Made by a program: the position numbers and the translations under genes. From the NCBI RefSeq assembly GCF_006345805.1, contig NC_042999.1:70122001-70186000 (forward strand): 64,000 nt of DNA, read 5' to 3'. Positions 54,873 through 64,000 of this stretch are shown here, piece by piece. Each line of letters opens with the position of its first letter. Within the stretch, counting starts at the first letter, position 1. The notes below the pieces were generated by a model. It was not told where the DNA came from. It made no database searches and saw only the letters and a program-made list of their open reading frames with translations. The DNA is from Octopus sinensis (taxonomy: Eukaryota).

Positions 54873-57174
54873 ATATATGCACATACACGTATATATATTG
54901 TTAATGTGTTTGGTTACCAACATTCGCCTCACCTGAAGCAGATTTGGAGTAGAGAGGATATATCATTGAGAGAGGGCATACCATTGCTTGACGAACAATA
55001 AATCAAACTATCAGTTAATTGGTTAAATGGTTAAGAAGTTGACGAATAATAATAAAAGCAACACCGGCTATCCCGTATTCTCTTGAACTAATGAATCGAG
55101 TGTGGTTATGAACACATCTTCGTCGTAAAAAAGGAGCTGGTTCCTTGTTATGAATCTCAACAGTGATAGAGACTGAATGTTTGAAAAATCTAAAAAAGAA
55201 TGATAAAACTTGTACATCGTCGTATATTAAACGAAACGGACATAAAAGAAAATCTACTTCCCATATATACGATATAACAGCTAAAAATGAAAACTGTATC
55301 ACGAAATTCTGGGAAGAATTGATTGAATAGCAGAGTGGCAACTGAAGAGATCGGAATATAGAAGCCGAAATTATACACTTAATCAAAGAAATTGATTATC
55401 AACGCTTGATTACTAATGCATGAAGCTAACGGCAAAAATCTTTTGGTGGGAAAGTCTATGCGAAGTCAGTTGGTATGTAAGAAACGGCAGAGACGCCAAA
55501 TATGCAATTTTTGAAAATGAGACTGTGAAGAACTGGAAGTGTCGAATATGAATGTAGGAACTCTACTGTCCGAAACCAGCTGTAGAAAACTATTAAGGAA
55601 ATATGAAAAGAGGAATCAGATAAAACTTGAGCATAATAAGTCTGTATCTAATGAAACACACTCACACCGCATACATACACATATACACCAACTATGTTCA
55701 GTGCTACTTTCGTTTCGTTTGTTCACTCACTACATACATATATATAAACATACACACATGTCATTAAAATGACAGGTGTTAGAAACCCCTACAATGCGAA
55801 AAATAAGAACTAAAGTGCTCTGATGCTGCAATCAACGCACACAATTCTATACATACTGACAGCGACCGTAAGCGGCCGAAAGCAGTTCAGCAATGTAGCA
55901 TCAAAAAGGAAAATTGTAATTGTCATTAAAAATTAAGAAGGTGTTAGAAACACAATGTTAGAAATAATAATAATTTTTTGGTAATTATTTTACAGGTTTC
56001 TTTTGTGAAACCGCTGTTACGGGGACGTAAACAAACCCACCACCGGTTGTCAAGTGGTGGTGAAGAACAAACACAACAGACACACACATATATATATATA
56101 TATATGTCTGTATATACATTTATGTGTATATGTGTATATATATATATGTGTGTATGTATGTATGTATGTATGTATGTATGTATGTATGTATGTATGTATG
56201 TATGTATGTATGTATACACACTTACACACAACAGGTTACGAGTTTCTTTCAGTTTCCGTCTACCACATTCCATCACAAGGCGTTTGTCGGTCCGAAGCTA
56301 TAGAAGAAGATACTTGCCCAAAGAGGCCGTACAGTGGGACTGAACTCACAACCACATGGCTGGGAAGCAAACATCTTAACAACACAGCCTCGCCTATATT
56401 TTGTTGGTTTGTTGGGTTTTTTTTTTCTTATAATGTATTTTTATTTTAAGCATTCAGTTCTTATCGATGTTGTTATTATTAAGCCCATTTCAGACCTGAT
56501 CGAACAAGCTTATGCTCAATGACATCCCAGTTGTGACCTTGCCGTCTTTACAGGGGCAAGTTTAAGTGTATATTATCAAATGTGTCCTCTCCTTAGTTTA
56601 GAGACACAGGATGTTATTTTCGATGAAGAGTTGGTTGCCATTTCTACTATGTTGGGCAACCACATAGAGACTTGCTGATTCCATTATTCAATGAACAAAT
56701 GGAACTGGATTGGCAGGAGCGGTAGAGGAACAAAAGAGCGAAATTTGTTTTGCGTTATCTCTGAAGATGAATCCACTTTTAGAGAAAGAAGGCAGAACAT
56801 GTAGGAGTGAGTGATAGGATGTGTGTCTGTGCGCTATGTGTGTGTGAGAGAGAGAAAGAGAGGAAGGGAGAGAGAGTGCATCAATGTGTGTGTGTGTGTT
56901 CTCAGTAATATTGGATGCTATACAGATAGATAATATTGATCTCAAATTATGGCACAATGCCAGCAATTTCGGGGGAGGGTATAAGCCGATTACATCGACC
57001 CCATTGCTCAACTGGTACAAATTTTATCAACCCTGAAAGGATGAAAAGCAAATTCGACCTCGAAAGAATTTCAACTCAGAATGTAAAGATGGACGACATG
57101 CCGCTAAGTATTTGGCCCAGCGCGCTAACGATTATACCAGCTCACCGCGTTAACACAGATAATATTCTTTTCTA

Positions 57175-57555
57175 CTCTTGGCACAGGGTCAGAAATTTTT
57201 GAGGAAGGAGCCTGTCGATTAGATCGACCTCAGTACGCAACTAGTACTTAATTTATCGACCCCGAAAAGACGAAAGGCAAAGTAGACCTCGGCAGAATTT
57301 AAACTGAGAAAAACTAACGAAATACCTATTTCTTTACTACTCACAAGGGGCTAAACACAGAGAGGACAGACAAACGGATTAAGTCAATTACATCGACCCC
57401 AGTGCGTGACTGGTATTTATTTAATCGATCCCGAAAGGATGAAAGGCAAAGTCGACCTCGGCGGAATTTGAACTCGGAACATAACGGCAGACGAAATACC
57501 TCTAAGCATTTCGCCCGGCGTGCTATAACGTTTCTGCACAGCTCGCCGCCTTGTG
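57175..57555 (-). mobile_element. SINE family A tandem dimer
   Basis: Same gaaatacctatttctttact junction as at ~32115. Confidence 0.75.
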
Positions 57556-58334
57556 AGTCTGAAAATACTATTATGATTAAAGCAAATGTTAATGATACAT
57601 AAAACTACACAATACACCAAGTAGAATAAATATTTATATTCTACACCAAGTAGAATAAATATATTATATTGTAAGTTGACTATATTTGCATTACTTCAGT
57701 TTTGTTACCGGATTGACAATCGCCAGATGGTGCATCAATATTATAGTATAATATATCCGTTAACACTGGAAATGTTTCTTTCTCAACACACACACACACA
57801 GACTTACACAGACATATATATATCATATATACATATATATTATTTTCTTTTATTTGTTTCAGTCATTTGACTGCGGCCATGCTGGAGTACCGCCTTCAGT
57901 CGAACAAATCGACCTCACGGTTTATTCTTTGTAAGCCTAGTACTTATTCTGTCGGCATCTTTTGCCGAACAGCTAAGTTACGGTAACGTAAACGCACCAA
58001 AATCGGTTGTCAAGCGATGGTGGGGGACAAAGACAGACACGCAAACATTTACATATATATGTGCGCGTGTGTGTGTGTGTATACGACAGGCTTCTTTCAG
58101 TTTCTGTCTACCAAATCCACTCACAACGCTTTGGTCAGCCCAAGGCTATACTAGAAAACACTTGCCCAAGGTGCCACGCAGTGGGACTGAAGCCGGAACC
58201 ATGTGGTTGGTAAGCAACTACTTACCACACAGTCACTCCTGTATGCATATGTATATAACACACATACATATATGAATATGCATTCAAATATGCATACACA
58301 CATTCACATATATATATCATATGTATATGTATGC

Positions 58335-58401
<67 letters not shown>

Positions 58402-59087
58402 CATATTGTATATATACAAAACAGACATGTAAGTATATGTATTCATGTATGCCATACACACGCATACATATGCATGTATACATACACGCACACATACATA
58501 ACTTAACAAAAATGAGCAACACAATCACACCTTAATTCGTTTAGTCTTGGCATTTATTTATTTATTCAATGAGAGTGCTCCACAAATAATAAGGCTGTTG
58601 ACGGGGGCTACACCTAGTGTTTATACGAAGGAATTATAAACGTAAAGAATGGAATCCGCATATATTTTTATTCTTTTATGTGTTGCCGCCTGAAGGCTAT
58701 GGCCATGTTGGGACACCGCCAGTAATACATACATGAAGAAAAAGTAAATACACATATATTTACCTTACGTATTCAACATTGGTACTTAGCATCTTCACGT
58801 TTTAATTCGCCTAAATATGAGGCATATTATCTACAATATGCTCAATTATTAATTAGCTATGTTATCGTTATCTTTTGCTTGTTACCGTCATTGGAATGCG
58901 GCCATAATGCAACACAGCCTTGAAGGGTTTTAGTCGAACAAACCGACTCCAGTACACTTTTTTTTCCAAGTGCGGTATTTTGTCTATCAATCGCCGAGCC
59001 ACTAGTTTACGGGGGTGTAAACAAAGCAAGCAGTTGTCAAAGGGTGTGGATCCAGACACACACATACATACACATGCATATATGCGT

Positions 59088-59135
<48 letters not shown>

Positions 59136-59798
59136 TATATATATATAAATCAATAATGGTGGGGTGGGTTGTGTTGACCGCACGTGGAAAATGATAGGCA
59201 AAGAAAAATTATAAAAAGGCAGAATGCTAGATTGAAGGTAAATTTCAATGAAAATGGGTGCATGGAAAATTTTTTTAATTAAAAAAAAATATATATATAT
59301 TAATTCAAACCGGTTTTCGTCGCAATGCGACTTTTCAAGAAATGTAAGGTGAAAAGAAATTTTTTTATGATTGAGGAGGGGGAAAAAAGAAAATTACATT
59401 GTTCTTTGCAAAAAAATAATAAACATGGGAGATGTACTGGCATAGCAAGTGACCTGGTCTGAGATCGTGTGCTGGAACGAAAACAATTTCAGCGTGGAAG
59501 GTGTTTATAAGCCATTTAAGAAACACACAAAAACCGTTAGATTCACTTCAACATTTAAATTTAATTTGTTAAAATATTTTTGTTGCTTTGAGACCGCGAC
59601 CTGTTCACTGACAAAATTTGTCACCATTTTATATTTTTTATTTCGCACATGCTCATTTCTGTTATTGATTTTTTTTTACTACACAGTAGAGTAGGATCAG
59701 CATGCGCAAATGAAGACATACAATAGGAATACAAAATACAAAATGGCTGGCCGTTAGTAAGGAGAGAGACACACAAATAAGAAAGAAGTAAAGGACCA

Positions 59799-59841
59799 CT
59801 GATGAGGTCACAGAAGTGTGATGAAAGAACTCTGACCGAAA
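59799..59841 (+). ncRNA. Partial hammerhead-like core
   Basis: CUGAUGA-GGUCA...UGACC-GAAA; stems I and III not supported. Confidence 0.3.
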
Positions 59842-59941
59842 TAAGATTAAGATTAAATAAATAACGCTGAAGCAAATTAGCACCAAATATATAGTGCGTG
59901 TGTTTCTATTGGCTAAACTGGGAAAATGACCATTCCTAAAT

Positions 59942-59985
<44 letters not shown>

Positions 59986-60558
59986 TATAGGGTTCTTTCA
60001 GTTTCCCTCTACAAGTACCACTCACAAGGCTATTGTCGGCCCGGGGCTATAGTAGAAGATACATGCCCAAGGTACCACGCAGTGGAACTGAACATGAAGC
60101 TGTTCCTACGCCCAAGCAGTAGGATAATTTACCATAATTATGAGAAAATGTCGAACTTCTTCATTTGTCTTAATATAGAATAAAGTTTAAGAAACCAGAA
60201 ATTATTATACAAAACAAATATATACATAATACCGGCCATATTGAAATCCGTTTAAGTTCCGTAGTAATTCCAAGTATTTGTTTAGAATTAATACACCTTC
60301 CTCCGAAAGCTTTGTTGTTTTAAGGACGACTGGTGCAGAGATAAATGAGCACACACACACACACACAAACACACACACCTACATACACAAATACACACTA
60401 CAGACAAACATATATATGCATGTGTAATATATATATATATATATATATAATATATATATATTATATATATATGCATACATACATGCATACATACATACGT
60501 AATACATGCATACATATAAACGTATATATATACAGATAGTTAGATAGATGGATACATG

Positions 60559-60630
<72 letters not shown>

Positions 60631-60988
60631 CTCATACTTATCTCATACAGACACAGACACACATATACACATATATATGCACATGTGCGTGTATGCGTGC
60701 GCATTTATGTATGTATACATAGCTACAGATATATATACATATAAATATACAATATATACATATATATATATATACACACACCTACATACATGATTATATA
60801 ATTGTATACGTATATATATATATATATATATATATAGCCTATCTGGCGACGTCGATGTTCGCCTGGGGCTAAATGCAACAGTAACACCCCCACCACCCTG
60901 CCCTGTCCCTAGCCATATTCAGATGGCTTTAGTCCCTTATGTTATGGAGCAGTTACTGTATATATCTCATTTAGAGAATTATTATTGC

Positions 60989-61021
<33 letters not shown>

Positions 61022-61150
61022 GTATTTATGTATGTATATTGCTAGAAATGGTAAGACAACAAAAGAATGAGACCTCGATATTATGTATATAGAGGTATTT
61101 ATGTTGTCACATATTTACAGATACGTATATATATATAAATGTATGTGTAA

Positions 61151-61219
<69 letters not shown>

Positions 61220-61377
61220 TGCATGCGTATATATATACACATATATGCATATATATATATACATATATACGTACATGTATATATGTATACATATATGTGT
61301 AAATATATACACACACATTTATATATACATATGTCTGTGTTCATATATGTATGTATACATACCTACATATATACAGA

Positions 61378-61409
<32 letters not shown>

Positions 61410-61698
61410 TTCTCGCCACTGTACCTGATGTCCTGAGAACTGCAAACCCTATTTTGTTAACAACACTCTTCAGATATTTTTGGAGGGAGATGTATTAATT
61501 GTATACAAATACATGGAATCGCAGAGAAACTAAACGAATTTCAATATGACAGCAACCAGAAAGCTTTGAATGTGTTTGTTCAGCTGAAATAGGCTGGCAA
61601 ACAATTTTTAACATTAAACGTTGAACATTGCCTGCATATTTATCCTAATATATAAAAAAGTTGGATGTATTTTTGTGGGATGAATATCTCTTGGATTT

Positions 61699-61798
61699 NN
61701 NNNNNNNNNNNNNNNNNNNNNNNNNNNNNNNNNNNNNNNNNNNNNNNNNNNNNNNNNNNNNNNNNNNNNNNNNNNNNNNNNNNNNNNNNNNNNNNNNN
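61699..61798. other. Assembly gap (100 N)
   Basis: Direct reading. Confidence 1.
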
Positions 61799-62112
61799 TG
61801 GAAACGTTAAACCCTCCTTCTTTTTTTTTTTTTTGAGCGTCCATAATACTATACTTGTTCCACGTCCTCGCGTTGTGTGTTTTTCTCTTTGTGTTTTCAT
61901 GTTTGGATTATTTAAAACTTATATATATTATATAATATATATATAATATATATATATTATATATTTATATATACATATGTATATATATATAACAATTTAG
62001 GAGGTGACCTTAACAGGCCATTCGTCCACCAGAAAGAGCAGCCATAACTCACACCGCCAAGTAGTAGTAATTCAGAAATTAGGTGAAAATTAAAAAACAT
62101 TTACCCTAATCA

Positions 62113-62208
62113 TTTTAGACGATGCATCGTTTCTGTGTTATTAATGATTAAATAGCTTAATTAATTAAATTAAGCCAATCTACCATAGGTCACACTTCAT
62201 CGGTAAAA
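62113..62208 (-). ncRNA. Type I hammerhead candidate with long stem II
   Basis: UUUUA-CCGAUGA-A-GUGU...ACAC-A-GAAAC-GAUGCAUC-GUC-UAAAA; U4 reads C in this copy. Confidence 0.6.
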
Positions 62209-62708
62209 ACCTGGGAGAGACAAATAGACACGAGGCGTCTGTATCGATGCCTCCGGAATATCTGTTTAAAATTTTCAAGACCGACGTATTCGCGCCAAAC
62301 TTATCAGCAGTAAATATAACCTGCCGATTCAATCTCAGAATATTCAGAAAATTATCAATTAGTCAATTTAGGGTAGCAAAAAATTCAATAGAAATTTATC
62401 TCTACCAGCGGCCTAGTGGAAAAGAGAAAATAGTCAAAGGACTAAATATATAAATATAACAATTTAGGAGTGACCTTAACAGGCCATTCGTCCACCAGGC
62501 CGTGGTAGCGATTAAATTTTCTATTGAATTTTTTGCTACCCTAAATGACATGACTAATTGATAATTTTTGAATTAATTCTGAGATTGAATCGGCAGGTTA
62601 TATTTACTTGCTGATAAGTTTGGCGCGAATACGTCGGTCTTGAAAATTTTAAGGACAGATATTCGGAGGCATCGATACAGACGCCTCGTGTATATTTGTC
62701 TCTCCAGG

Positions 62709-62808
62709 TTTTTACTGATGAAGTGTGACCTATGGTAGATTGGCTTAATTTAATTTAATTAAGCTAATTAAATCATATTATAACACAAAACGATGCATCG
62801 TCTAAAAA
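62709..62808 (+). ncRNA. Type I hammerhead candidate with long stem II
   Basis: UUUUUA-CUGAUGA-A-GUGU...ACAC-A-AAAC-GAUGCAUC-GUC-UAAAAA; G12 missing in this copy. Confidence 0.6.
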
Positions 62809-63309
62809 GATGAAATAGGGTAAATGGTTTTAAATTTTCACCTAATTTAGATCTTACTACTACTTGGCGGTCGTGTGAGTTATGGCTGCTCTTTTGGTGG
62901 ACGAATGGCCTGTTAAGGTCACTCCTAAATTGTTATATTTATATATTAGTCTTTGACTATTTTCTCTTTCCACTAGCCGCTGGTAGCGATAAATTTCTAT
63001 TGAATTTTTTGCTACCCTAAATGACTAATTGATCATTATATATATATATATATATATTTATTGATATATATATATATATATATATATTTATTATATATAT
63101 TTATATATACATATGTATATATATATTCTATATTTTATATTGTATATATATATTTATATATACATATGTATATATATATATACATATATATATTTATATA
63201 ACATATGTATATATATTACATATATATATATATATATATAATATATATATACATATGTATATATATATATATATAATATATATATATATATTATATATAT
63301 ATATATATA

Positions 63310-63357
<48 letters not shown>

Positions 63358-63892
63358 GCTTTTAATTTGTTACGGGGAAACGTTTTGAATATGCATATAA
63401 AGTTCCTACTCCCATTATGCTAGACCCAGCTAATGATGCTGACGGATGAACCAGCTTTTGGGGGTTGCATCGAGCTGTACCGATATGATGTAAGATAAAT
63501 ATTGTAGCAATAACAGTAATCCTTGGATGGAATTTGTAAACATTTAAAGTATCGCTACGCACGTTTCCACAAATCAGATGCCTTTTAAGATCATAGTCCG
63601 TATTCCTACGATGATTACTCTGTTGTCCGTAGTGTGCATCGGACAGATCATCTTTATGGAGTCATTTCTTCAGGCAAGATAACATTAATGGATGTTTAAC
63701 AGAGAGTTATCCCTTTTGACCAGGGTGAAATACCAACAGAAATACTCACATAACACATTCAACCTTCGTCCTGGTTTTTTCCTGTTCTCCGTATACCCTT
63801 CGTCGTCATTCTGTGCAACCATTTTGCATATATATATAGTAAAATGCATAAAAAATGTGGTATATATATGTAATGTATGTATATATATATAT

Positions 63893-63933
<41 letters not shown>

Positions 63934-64000
63934 CACACACATACATATATACATATGTGTGTGTGTGTATGTATGTATGTTGTATATATGTATGTATATA

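Larger units (their letters stand above)
61991..63035. mobile_element. ~470-bp unit in two inverted, longer-than-monomer blocks (retrozyme- or Penelope pLTR-like)
   Basis: 61991-62040 recurs at 62459-62497. 62498-63035 is the reverse complement of the unit and restarts at ~62976. Confidence 0.8.

Noticed and set aside
55856-55890. ctgacagcgaccgtaagcggccgaaag
   Set aside because: Only a stem II-like hairpin; core and stems I/III unsupported.

Overview
Eukaryotic, AT-rich, repeat-dominated window with a 100-N gap at 61699-61798. The tRNA-derived SINE families and the density of (TA)n/(CA)n/(GATA)n/(CATA)n microsatellites are most consistent with an Octopus genome (recalled from memory, not searched). 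No host gene can be identified with confidence; most ORFs in the track are microsatellite or SINE read-throughs, and a few weak candidate exons exist. Main mobile elements: a TSD-flanked, apparently full-length RTE-clade LINE (6067-10037, minus); RTE fragments; RLE-type (R4/Dong-like) non-LTR fragments sitting in (CATA)n; mariner/Tc1 remnants and MITEs; a possible Gypsy remnant; and dozens of SINEs. The most notable signal is a set of type I hammerhead-ribozyme-like motifs. Two loci carry them as divergent inverted pairs: a 230-bp-arm palindrome at 20.3-20.8 kb, and a ~470-bp unit at 62-63 kb present as two circularly permuted, slightly longer-than-monomer copies, which resembles a retrozyme or Penelope-like pLTR. 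Several minimal or degenerate motifs are dispersed elsewhere. All ribozyme calls come from manual base-pairing and are untested.
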